Below, piece by piece: positions 52,001 to 64,000 of a stretch of 64,000 bases of DNA. Made by a program: the position numbers and the translations under genes. Source of the stretch: Octopus sinensis (taxonomy: Eukaryota); contig NC_043015.1 in NCBI RefSeq assembly GCF_006345805.1, positions 52,762,001 through 52,826,000 of the forward strand. Direction: 5' to 3'. Every line of letters begins with the position of its first letter. Within the stretch, counting starts at the first letter, position 1. The notes below the pieces were generated by a model. It was not told the DNA's origin. It did no database searches and saw only the letters and a list, made by a program, of their open reading frames with translations.

Positions 52001-52390
52001 ACAGGCATAGCTGTGTGGTAAGAAGCTTGATTGCAAACGACATGATTGTAGGTTCAGTCCCATTGTGTAGCACCATGGGCAAGTGTCTTCCCAAATAACT
52101 GTGGGCTGACCAATGCTTCGTGAGTGGATATGGTAGATGGAACCTGAAAGAAGCTCCTCGTATATGTGTGTGTGTCGCTTTGTGTCTGTGTTTGTTCCCC
52201 CATCACAACTTGATAACTGGTGTTGCTGTGTTTGTATCCCCATAACCTAGCAGATCAGCAAAGGGGGCTGATAGAATAAGTACCAGGCTTAAAAAAGAAA
52301 GGACTAGAGTTGATTTATTTGACTAAAAATTCTTCCCAGCGGTGCCCCAGGATGGCCACAGCCTAATGATTCAACAAAGTAAAAGAATAA
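52001..52390 (+). mobile_element. SINE family A, diverged
   Basis: Head, (TG)n, tail ending caaagtaaaagaataaa. Confidence 0.8.
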
Positions 52391-52674
52391 ATACACACAC
52401 ACACACATATGCATACATACATATATACACATACATATACACACACACATATATACACATACATACACACACACACACACATATACACATACATACACAC
52501 ACACACACACACATATACACATACATACACACACACACATATACACATACATACACACACACACACACACATACACACACACACACATACATACATACAC
52601 ACACACACACATACACATACATACACACACACAGACATACACATACATACACACACACAGACATACACATACAT

Positions 52675-52747
<73 letters not shown>

Positions 52748-52875
52748 CATATGTATATGTATATATATATATATATACTCACACACATACATACATATAT
52801 ACACATATATATATGCATATATATACACACTCATGTATGTATGTATGCATATGTTTTATTTATTAAATTGTTATA

Positions 52876-52907
<32 letters not shown>

Positions 52908-53027
52908 GCATACATATATGTATATATATATATATAAATATATGCATGTGTGTATATATATATATAAATATATGCATGTATGTGCGTATATATAAACATA
53001 TGCATGTGTGTGTGTGTATATATATAT

Positions 53028-53412
53028 GCAGGCGTGGCTGCGTCGCAAGTAGCTTCCTTCCCAACCACATGGTTCCAGGTTCAGTTCCACTGTGGGGCAC
53101 CTTGCGCAAGTGTCTTCTACTATAGCCTTGGGCCAACCAAAGCCTTTTGAGTGGATTTGGTAAACGGAAACTGAAAGAAGCCCTCTGTACACACATATAT
53201 ATATATGTATATATCTATGCGTGTGATTGTGCTTTTGTTTGTCCCACCCCCACCATCGCTTGACAACCGATGTTGGTGTGTTTACCTTCTCGGCAAGAGA
53301 AACCGAAACAATAAGTACTAGAACTACAAAGAATAAGTCATGGGGTCGATTTGTTTGACAAAAGATAGTGCTCCAGCATGGCCGCATCCAAATGAGCGAA
53401 ACAAAGGAAAGA
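53028..53412 (+). mobile_element. SINE family A
   Basis: gcaggcgtggctgcgtcgcaag...ggttcagttccac...tail ccagcatggccgcatccaaatgagcgaaac. Confidence 0.85.
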
Positions 53413-54199
53413 ATAAAATATATATATATACACATGTATATATGTCTGTGTATATATATATATACACACACACAAACATACATATATATACATTATATAC
53501 ACATTTAGGATTTTTTTGTTTTTTTTTCATCGAACCACAAATCTCCCACTGAAGATTTTTAGATATTTATATACATAGATACATACACATGCATACATAC
53601 ATATATGTATATACATACATATGAATAAAAGAATATATATGCATATATATTTAAACATATATATATATATACATGTATAGATATACATACACACAAATAC
53701 ATATGTATTCATGTATTATACATACATGCATATACATTTGTGCAGATACACGTACACACACATATACATCTATCCATATATATATTTGTATATGCGAATG
53801 TATGTGCATGTGTGTATCTACCTATCTTCATATATGCTTGTCTTCGTGCATGTCTGTGTATGTGTGTTCGATAGAAATGAAGAATATATACGAGCAAGGA
53901 AAATAGGAAACTCAAAGGTATGACCCTATAGTTGTTATTCTTTGACCTCAGGTGGGCCCCAATCGAACAGAGAACTATGATGAAAACCATTTCAACCATG
54001 GTCATGCTGTCTTTTACTCCAACTGTGTGTCCCTCGACTACATTTATTTCAAAGTGCCCTACCGATATTTGATTTAAAACAACTGGGTGTGATTGAAGTG
54101 AGATTTAGCTGTTATTTCTAGCCGGTCAGCGACCATACACAGGCTTCGCTTCTTCTTTTTTTTTTTCTTTACTTTTTGCTTGTGTGAGTGCAGACAACA

Positions 54200-55327
54200 C
54201 ATGGACTTAAGTGGAGTCCGCTCAATGAGAGATAAAGAGGGGGAGAATAAGAAATAGATATTGAGATGGGATGAGTATAAAAGAGAGGGGGAGAGGTAGA
54301 GAGAGAGAGAGACAATGAGGAATAGGTAGGTAAGTAAAGAGAAAGGGAGTAAGATATGAAGACAGAATGAGGAATAGCAAGAGAGCGGGAGAAAGAGAGA
54401 GCTGGAGAGGAAGAGGGGTTGTGAAGAAAGAGACAGAGAGACAGAGATGAGTGAGTGGAACACAACTCAGACGGAGATGAATTTGGTGAGAGTGACGTGG
54501 TGTGAGAGAGAAAGGGAGAAATGGATGAATGCAGACGATATAGAGATGATAGAAGGAGATGAAAAGACAGAAAGAACAAGGTAGAAAGTGAGAGAGACAG
54601 AAAGGGTAAAAAGTGAGAGAAAAAGAGAGAAGTAACGAGAGATGGAAAGAGGAAGGCACTTCCCCAAGAAGAAGAAGGTTCGAAGTATAAAAAAGAAAGA
54701 GTAAGGGAAAATAGATGCGGAAAGAGACAGAAAGAATTAAAGAGATGCAGAAAATAGAGAGAGAATTGATGAAGTGTATGAAATAGCAAGATAGAGAGAG
54801 GAGAATGTAGAAATATTGAAGGGGAGAGATAGAGAAGGATACAAATAGAAAGAGAGAAAAAGGGCAAGGAAAATAATAGGAGGAAGAGAGAGAGAGATGA
54901 AGGGAGGAGAGGAAGAGAGAGAGATGAAGGGAGGAGAGGAAGAGAGAGAGATGAAGGGAGGGAGGGAAAGAATGAGGGACAGGCAAAAATGTGAGACAAG
55001 AGGGGTATAGATAAAGAGAATGACAAATAGAGAGAGGGAGTGAGAAGAAGAGTCAGGGAGAGAATGAAGGAGAATGTGTGAGCTATGAGATAAGAATGGC
55101 AAGTGGGTTTCTTCTTCAGCCAGCCCCCGGTCTTCCAAGTTAATCGTTGGGACCACCACACGCTATTTATTTACTGTCGCTATCATCCCAGCCCTATCGA
55201 CCAGGTTTCAAATATGGTTGGTAAATGATGTTGTGCGATGGGGGGAAAGGATGTATATAGGATAAGGTAAGAGACAAAGAGAGGGAGAGAGAGAGAGTGA
55301 AAGAATGAGGCGAGAAAGAAAATAGCA

Positions 55328-55363
<36 letters not shown>

Positions 55364-57720
55364 AATAGAGGAGATAGAAAAGAGTTAAGAAAAAGGAAAT
55401 AAACAAAAAAGAGAGAAAAGCGAAGGAGAGAGAGAGAGAGAGAGCAATAAGGGTCAATGGGGGAAAGAATAATAAGAGTAAGGCACAGGGAGATGGGAGT
55501 GAGGAGTGAGAGAGAGAGTAAACAGGAGAAAAAGACATAGAGAAGCGGTTAAAAAGAAAGATAGATACATAGAGAAGTGAGAGTAAGAAGATGGTAGCAG
55601 AGAAGGGGATGAGAGAGAGAGGAAGAAATGGTGATAGTGTAATATCAGGGTGAAGAGGGAGAGACAAAAGGACAGGAGAATATGAGGGAGGGAAGTGATA
55701 AAGAGAAAAATGAGTGAGAGGTGAATGGGTAGACATGAGGACAAGTGGAAACTCGGTAAAGAAAAATATCTCCTTAGGTGAGTCGGTCTTAAAAGCTTCT
55801 GTAAGGAGGTGTGAAGAGAAAGAGAGTTGGCCTGACTGAAGAAAAAGTTGGTAGGAGAAGGGGTGGCCATAGAGTAAGAAATCGCGAAACAATGAAACGG
55901 AGACGGGGGAGAGAAGGGTTGATGGTGGTGGTGGTTAGGAGAGAAACCTTTAAAGTTTGTCTTTTGAGAGTAAGAAGAAGAGAGAGGGAAGACAGTGAAA
56001 GAGAGAGAGAATGAGAAAGGAGAAGTAGGAAGAGCTTGTGAGAGAGAGAGGGGGAGGGAGACGGGTCCAAAATTAGGGGAGATTCTAAAAAGGTTGGAAG
56101 AGAGACAAGCAAAACGACGAGAGGGAGCGAAGAGCTTATGAGAGAGAGAGAGAAAGATAGTAGTTGAAAAGAAGGGTGGGAGAGAAAGGCTCAGTGTTTG
56201 GAGAGACTAACGAAATATCAAATGAAAAAAGATTTGAATAGAGAGAAAAGGAAAAGAGACAGACAGGCCTGGAATTGGGAAAGAAACAAGAGTGAAATAT
56301 CAATTGAAGGAAGATTTGGGGAGATGAAGAGAGGGAGAGCTTTAGTGGCTGTGAAAGAAAGAAAAATGGATAAATGGTTGTGAGAGAGGACGAGAGAGAT
56401 AAAGAAGAATAAAAAGGAGAGAGAGAGAGAGAAACATACAAAAATGGAAAACAACGCGCGCGCGCGTAGAGACAGACAGAGAGAATTGTCTATCTTTCTC
56501 TCTGTGACAGAGATAAAGAGAGTAAGAGAGATACGAGGAGAGGAAGGGGAGATTAGAGAAGGTGGGATAAGATCGTGGTGTGAAGCCAAAAAATAAAATA
56601 GTCCTGTCTGCTTCGGTCGATAGTTTTGACGATGATGATGATGATAATGGTGGTGTCAAAGTAGGAGAGAAATGGGGGAAAAACACTGGATAATGAGAAA
56701 GTGAGGAAGGTAAAGATAGGTTAGGTAGGCTGTGTGTATGGACGAAGACGACGGGAGAGGAATATTAGGGTTAGTGAATGAGAGAGGAAGGTGACATGTA
56801 GAGCAAGAGAAAAGGAGGGAAAGAACGACAAAAAGAAGGGGAGGAGGTGATATGTAGAGCGAGAGGAAAAGAGTGATAGAAAGGAGAGAAAGGTGACATG
56901 CAGAACAAGAGAGGAGAGAAAGACAGCGAGAGCAAGAGAGAAGGGGAGTAAAGTGACATGTACAGCGAGAGAGAGAGGGGGGAAGGAAGAGGGAGAGAGA
57001 GAGGAGAGGAAAGGAGAAACAACTAAAGCCAGTTATTCAGGGTTTCTTCGTTTTTGCCTGATCAACCAGGTGTAAAGTGTATTACAAGAATGCTGTATAT
57101 TATTATAGAAAGAGTACAACAATAATAATGCCAACAACAAACGTAATGATTGATCGTGGTAATGGTGTTGGGACGAGGAAGAGAGAAGAAAAAAAGGCGG
57201 AAAGAAGTATAATGGAAAGAGAGAGTGTTTGTGTGTGGAGAAGGGAAGGGGGAGAAGAAATAGTGACAGAATAGAGAGAGGAGGAGAAGAAGGTTAAAGG
57301 GGAGAATGGGGGGGGAGTATAGGGAATAAAATTGTTAAAAATAAATGCAATAATAATTAAGTTTTAGTTTGGGAACAGGACCTGGAAAAGTACAAAATGC
57401 AGTTGGTGTGTGTGTGTGTGTATGTGTGCATACAGAGTTAGAGAGAAAGAGAGAGAAGAAAGACAGACAGTTCTATGTGTACATGTGTGTGTGTATTTAT
57501 GATAGACACAGAGAGCTACATGCATATATATATAGAGAGAGAGAGAGTGAGAGAGATTGATAGAGAGAAAGAGAGACGGAGATATAAAGTAAAACAAAAC
57601 AAGACTATGTATTCATAAAGACGAGAGGTTTTAATTAATTTGAGAGGGGAGAGGAAGGACAAGAGGCAGAGAGAGAGAGAGATGAGGTGCAGTGAGAGGA
57701 AGAGTACTGCAGCAAAAGGA
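54200..57720 (+). repeat. Long A/G-rich low-complexity domain; similar tracts at 13560-14400 and 24580-25820
   Basis: Strong purine bias on +, producing long F/L/S-rich spurious ORFs on minus. Confidence 0.9.
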
Positions 57721-59689
57721 GTAGGAGTTACAGAATGGGACAGCACAAAGGCGCAACCAGGTTCTCTCGCCATGAACAGGACGTTTCACTCCTACACATA
57801 TAACTATACATACATTATATGTATACACGCGCAGCACACTATTATATATTGTCCTATGAATTATTCACACGGCTCACACTATATGAAACTATAATATATC
57901 ATGTATATTATGCACCTGTTTTTGCTTAATACGCCAACAGTCATATTACATATTATATGCAAGCTCTACATAGAAAACTTCTTGGGGGATTTTTTTTTCT
58001 CTTCTTTCCTTTATATAAATGAAACTATATAAGATAAATGAACTCGTAAAAACTATATACTAAAGCGTTATTATTATACACAGGCGGAGCGGTGCAGAGA
58101 CGGCGATCGAAAGAGAGAGAGATAGACGAAACGAGAAATATTTGAAAATAACGGACAGACACCATCTTAAAATTGTTTTAAGGCTACGAAAAGAAAAGAA
58201 TAAAATTACAAACACGCCATGATCAATATATGAATTGTTGTTTAGCCCCGGGTCAATACCGCTCAAGCAAAACCTATAATCAAAAATACACAGGCTGTGA
58301 TCAATTGGGTCTTTTACTGTTGTTTTCTTTCTTTCTTTTTTTTTTTTGCCATGTGGACTTTCCTATGTAAAAAAAATAATAAGCTGTGAGGTATGTGTGA
58401 TATAAGGTGATTCAGCTGCTCTTTCTAGCAGGCTAAGCAGCCACGTAGTCTCCCACGTTGGCTTGAGAGGAGTAGAAGTGATAGGGAGGGATGGACATAT
58501 ATAGAGAGAGTAATGAATCCCGGTGGTGGTAGAAAGCGAGAATGATGAATGGTGGTAGCAGAGAGTGTAATGAGTATTAGTGAGAGAGAGAGAACGCAAG
58601 AGAGATTTATGATGATAGAGAGAGAGAGTGTGTGTGTGTGTGTGTGACAAAAACTAGTTCGACAGGTAAGAAAAAAAAAGGCGACCAAAGAAAAAATTTA
58701 CAAAACGTATATGAAAAAAGGAAAAAGAATATGTAAATGTATTGTTTAGTTCAAAACTGGAGGTACTTCGGTACTCTTGGCCAGCTACTTACTTCTACGA
58801 CGTCGACTAAAATCAACGACGGGGTAACCTTTTATATGGTCGCAAGATTTTTTTAGAAATAGCAGCTAAATCTCAAATCAAACCCTGCTGTCTTATAAAC
58901 AAGAAAGCGGGACATTGGATATATTTATAATGAAAATGGGAGATGGCCATAGCTTCAATTACTATCACAGGTCAGCTCGATAAGGGCTGAACTGAGAAAC
59001 TTAAAACAACTATCATTAAATTCCCAATCGATTTATCCGACCAGACTGTCTTCTAACAGAGCCTGGTCGTAATTTTTAGCAAAAGCGATATTAGCTTGAT
59101 TGGTAGATGTTTAATTTAAGATCCAGGTAAACCAAAGTTTTTATCAACAGAGGTGTTCTGAGTCGTAACCCTACCATCGAACACTTCCTAGTTTCAGACG
59201 ACAGAATGTCATTTGAGGTTAAAATTTGACTGCTGTTATTTTGTAGCAAGTCAAGCGAATCGCTGAAAGTTTCACCTGCTTGTTAGTTTTTATTATTTGA
59301 AGGGGGCTATAAAATTAGTAGGGGTCCATTCAAATATACTACATAAACCTATTTCCTCCCCCGCCCCCTGTAAGACTACCACTCCGAACATTCCTTTCAC
59401 CTGACAAATACCTCCTGTATAAGGTATTTGTACTGGCTTTTAACAATTTGGTTTCAAACTCTCCCAAGGTCGATTTGATCCTGCAATCTTTCGCAGGTCC
59501 TTAACATAAAGTATCGGTTAAGTACTGGATTCAAGTGTACCGATTCAGCGCCCCCACCCAACCCCGTAATTCCGTTTCTCTTGCACCAAAATTGGAGACA
59601 ATTACTATTTTTACACGTGAACATGTTTGTTTTAGAAACTACTCCATGGGCGATGGATCAACAGAATCGTTAGAGACGTACGAAATGGT

Positions 59690-60915
59690 TAGTGGTATGT
59701 GTTCCGGTTCTTTACGTTCTGAGTTCAAATCTCGAGATCAACTTCGTCTTACCGGAGTCGATAAAAAAGACACAGTAACAAGTACGAGGGACGATGGTTC
59801 TTGACTAAAGCATTAACCTCAAACCTGCTAATCACTATCACAGAGTCCAAGATACATTAAATTGCTTAGCTGTATTTCAGAGTTCAAATCACGCCAGGAT
59901 TAAGCTTTTTTTTTTTTTTTTCTGCATTCTCCTGTTAATCACTTTTTCTTCACGAGTCCTAGGACTTATAAGACGGGTTACGCAGTTTCTCTAGCGTATA
60001 AGTGACCAAGATCACAATAATCTATCCTGAACAGGGGCGCCGATCCGTCAGCGATTTTATTTATTTATTTTTGAAGGGAGGGAAGAATCGCCCCCGATAC
60101 GTTATCTTATCGAGCTTGAAGAGATGAAAAAATTAAAAGGATTCGAACTCACAACGTAAAATCCGGAAGAAATGCCGCTAAGCATTTTGTCCGAAGAGCT
60201 AACGATCCTGCCAGCTCACCGTCTTGCTCTTAATCATCAGGATCGATATAATCGATTATATGTCTCCCCTCAGAATTTAAAGCTTCAGACCCGTATTAGA
60301 AATAAGTACTGAGAGATATCGATTTAAAAGACTGTATATTAACACTCCGGTAAGAAAAATAATCCCGTTTTAGCAACATTAGAGAGCGTCGAACAAAATG
60401 CTTAGTGGCGTTTTTTCCGGTTCTTTACGTCCTGAGTTCAAATTCCACCGATGTTAACTTTACCTTTCATCCTTTCCAGGCCGATAAAATAAAGTACAAG
60501 TCAAAAAGAAGTATTTCACCCCCCCCCCCCCCCAATTGCTGGCCATGTACGAGAATTTTAAGCATTTAAGGCCACGACGAGTAGTCAAAGTACTAAGTGG
60601 TATTTCCTCTGGCTCTTGACGTTCTGAGTTCAAATTCCACCGAAGCCGACTCTGCCTGATATTCTTTCAGGGATAAAATAAAGTACCATACAAGTACCGA
60701 GGTCAATATATTCGACCTGCACCCTTCCCTTCAAAACTACTGCCTTTGAATCCAGCAAAGGACCAGCGTCCAGCTGAGGGTAGAATATTTGTGACCTCAA
60801 ATCGTTTATTTACAGGCCACGGAAACCGGGCAACCGGCTTTACGAATCCGAGAGCTCAAGATGAAAAAAAAAAATATTCCGGCTCTTTACGTTCTGAGTT
60901 CAAATCCCATCGAGA
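59690..60915. mobile_element. Dense cluster of diverged SINE family B fragments, both strands
   Basis: At least five copies of ccggttctttacgttctgagttcaaat (59706, 60417, 60610, 60880, and 60140-60230 on minus). Confidence 0.75.
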
Positions 60916-61044
60916 TCTAATTGCGATTCTAGTAAATTATTTTAATCAGTTCTGTTGTCTCTTCTTCTTCTTTGTGATGATGATGATAACAGAGCAAAGT
61001 TTATTACTTTTTACATTTCTAAATTAACGTAGGCATTCTCTCTC

Positions 61045-61084
<40 letters not shown>

Positions 61085-61087
<3 letters not shown>

Positions 61088-61470
61088 AGTGGCTGTGTGG
61101 TAAAGTAGCTTGCTAACCAACCATATGGTTCCGGGTTCAGTCCCACTGCGTGGCATCTTGGGCAAGTGTCTTCTGCTATAGCCCCGGGCCGACCAATGCC
61201 TTGTGAGTGGATTTGGTAGACGGAAACTGAAAGAAGCCTGTCGTATATATGTATAAATATATGTGTGTGTGTGTGTTTGTCCCCCTAGCATTGCTTGACA
61301 ACCGATGCTGGTGTGTTTACGTCCCCGTCACATAGCGGTTCGGCAAAAGAGACCAATAGAATAAGTACTGGGCTTTCAAAGAACAAGTCCCGGGGTCGAT
61401 TTGATCGACTAAAGGCGGTGCTCCAGCATGGCCGCAGTCAAATGACTGAAACAAGTAAAAGAGTAAAGAG
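61085..61470 (+). mobile_element. SINE family A, young full-length copy
   Basis: Near-identical to 43644; its tail is duplicated at 62081-62275. Confidence 0.92.
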
Positions 61471-62049
61471 TATATATATATATATATGGGGGGGGGTATA
61501 TAAACGAAAACCTACATCCTACTTGTCAGATTTGAATAATTATTGCGTAGGGTAACCCACGAATAAACCACATTTACCCACTAATCGGTGTTAAGCATTC
61601 AATCTCACTGTTCGATATCAACACACACACACATATGGGTTTCTTTCAGTTTTTGCGTATCATATCCATTCGCAAGCCTTCGGTTAATCCACTTGCCCAA
61701 GGTGCTATGAGGTGGGACCGAACCGTCTTAAGTATACTATATCACAGTTATTTCAACTGATACTAGCATTTTCATTTACTAGTCTTATTATATATAATGA
61801 ACAGAGTATAATAATAATAATAATGCATAAGTTTCTTTAATACTAGTTAATGTATTATTTCTTAAACAGCCAAGTGTTTGTATCATTAATATTTCTTTCA
61901 GATTAAAAAAATTTTAAAGTACCGCTACGAATTAAAAATTTTTATTTATTGGAAACTTTAATTAGTTTCCCCTTGTTTTATTTTATATTTACACATTGTA
62001 AATATCAAAACGGCTTTAAAAGTAACACACACACACATATATATATATG

Positions 62050-62082
<33 letters not shown>

Positions 62083-62845
62083 TTGTCCCCCTAGCATTGC
62101 TTGACAACCGATGCTGGTGTGTTTACGTCCCCGTCACATAGCGGTTCGGCAAAAGAGACCAATAGATAAGTACTGGGCTTTCAAAGAACAAGTCCGGGGT
62201 CGATTGATCGACTAAAGGCGGTGCTCCAGCATGGCCGCAGTCAAATGACTGAAACAAGTAAAAGAGTAAAGAGAATATATATATATATATATATATGGGG
62301 GGGTGTATATAAACGAAAACCTACATCCTACTTGTCAGACTTGAATAATTATTGCGTAGGGTAACCCACGAATAAACCACATTTACCCACTAATCGGTGT
62401 TAAGCATTCAATCTCACTGTTCGATATCAACACACACACATATGGGTTTCTTTCAGTTTTTGCGTATCATATCCATTCGCAAGCCTTCGGTTAATCCACT
62501 TGCCCAAGGTGCTATGAGGTGGGACCGAACCGTCTTAAGTATACTATATCACAGTTATTTCAACTGATACTAGCATTTTCATTACTAGTCTTATTATATA
62601 TAATGAACAGAGTATAATAATAATAATAATGCATAAGTTTCTTTAATACTAGTTAATGTATTATTTCTTAAACAGCCAAGTGTTTGTATCATTAATATTT
62701 CTTTCAGATTAAAAAAATTTTAAAGTACCGCTACGAATTAAAAATTTTTATTTATTGGAAACTTTAATTAGTTTCCCCTTGTTTTATTTTATATTTACAC
62801 ATTGTAAATATCAAAACGGCTTTAAAAGTAACACACACCACACAT
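61263..62845. repeat. Tandem duplication, period ~806 bp, two copies
   Basis: gtttgtccccctagc starts at 61275 and 62081; the copies match through ...aaagtaacacac. Confidence 0.95.
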
Positions 62846-64000
62846 ATATATATATATATATTTCAAAAATTTGAAATGAATTCAAAATACAAAAAGGTGA
62901 ATATGAAACAAGCCTTAGACCATATTCAGGAGGACACCAAAAGGTAATCGATGTGTTTTAATATAGATATATATGTGTGTGTGTGTGTGTGAGTACATTA
63001 TAGATAGATTATGGGTGATCGAACATGTGAAAAAAGACTTCAGAAACTGTTAAAAGGAAAATATATATATATTAGGTACATATGCACACGGGCACACACA
63101 CACGCGGATGTCCAAATACACCTATTACACGTGTATATATATATATATGTGTGTGTATGTATAACACACACGTATGTACGTCCACTCACGAACGTAGGCA
63201 ACCCTACTTTAGTTACAGGTATACACCACACACTTCAATAAATAAGTTTATTATTTTGGATCTAACCATTCTCTATTGTATTTGGCCATGTTGATCCACA
63301 TACCTACAACACACATACACACAAACAGCTCAAGAATTAAGGGACCTACACATCTGGCGAATTCTTTTAATTCATTGCATACACACAACGAATGCATCAT
63401 ATCTTTTTGCCCATTACTTTATAATTAAAATACATGTCTGATTTTATACACACACACGCACACACATATACCTTAGTACATCAATATTTCTTTATATAAA
63501 TGATCCACAAAGATTATACACTCACAGATTATATATATACATCTGCATATATAGTTGGTGGTACGAAACAGAACATGCATTTTTATGGCGCGCGCACACA
63601 GACACACGAGCAGCAGATATTATAGCATTCATGTTAGTCTTGAAATTTGGAATGGCTTAAAATGAAAAATCCGAAATACAGCATAGGGCATTATCATACT
63701 TTAAACTTCAAAAATAGCATGAGATATTGTGAGTGGTATTTCATATTGGATGTCCTCCCCATTACGGCCTTAAAGTCCTATCTGATCCATTAAATCTGTC
63801 GGATGTATCACATTATATATATATATATAGAGAGAGAGAAAGTTTTATTATAAAAATAATTTGAGATTAAACGGAGGGAATATTCAGTGCTTATTTTTAA
63901 TATTGTTTTACAATAAGTGTGTTGATAGAGACTTCGAACTTTCGGCCAGTCCGAAAGTTAAGTCACCATTCTTCTTGTAAAAGTGTGTGTATGTAGGCAT

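Noticed and set aside
55122-55220. Possible plus-strand exon (ttcttcttcag|...ggttg|gtaaat) with two open frames
   Set aside because: No recognisable protein similarity and no connecting exons found.
56785-56975. CRISPR-like repeat-spacer array
   Set aside because: Eukaryotic context; repeats are short, degenerate and non-palindromic, spacers are low-complexity, and there are no cas genes.

Overview
Repeat-saturated, AT-rich eukaryotic DNA whose repeat families look like coleoid cephalopod (Octopus-like) sequence; the taxon is inferred, not proven. It is dominated by (TA)n/(CA)n/(GA)n and trinucleotide microsatellites, at least four families of tRNA-derived or short retroposons, 3' fragments of Tx1-like LINEs, a decayed RTE-type reverse transcriptase, several foldback hairpins, a 100-N scaffold gap and an ~806-bp tandem duplication that may be an assembly artefact. 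Almost all ORFs in the supplied track are microsatellite translations. The one credible protein-coding gene is not in the ORF track as a unit. Three minus-strand exons (27644-27768, 16547-16624, 16273-16336) join through canonical, phase-compatible GT-AG introns into an 88-aa ORF: [88 protein letters not shown]. This has the architecture of a single-copy RFamide neuropeptide precursor (signal peptide, furin site, 32-aa RFamide, Cys-containing tail) that I cannot assign to a named family.
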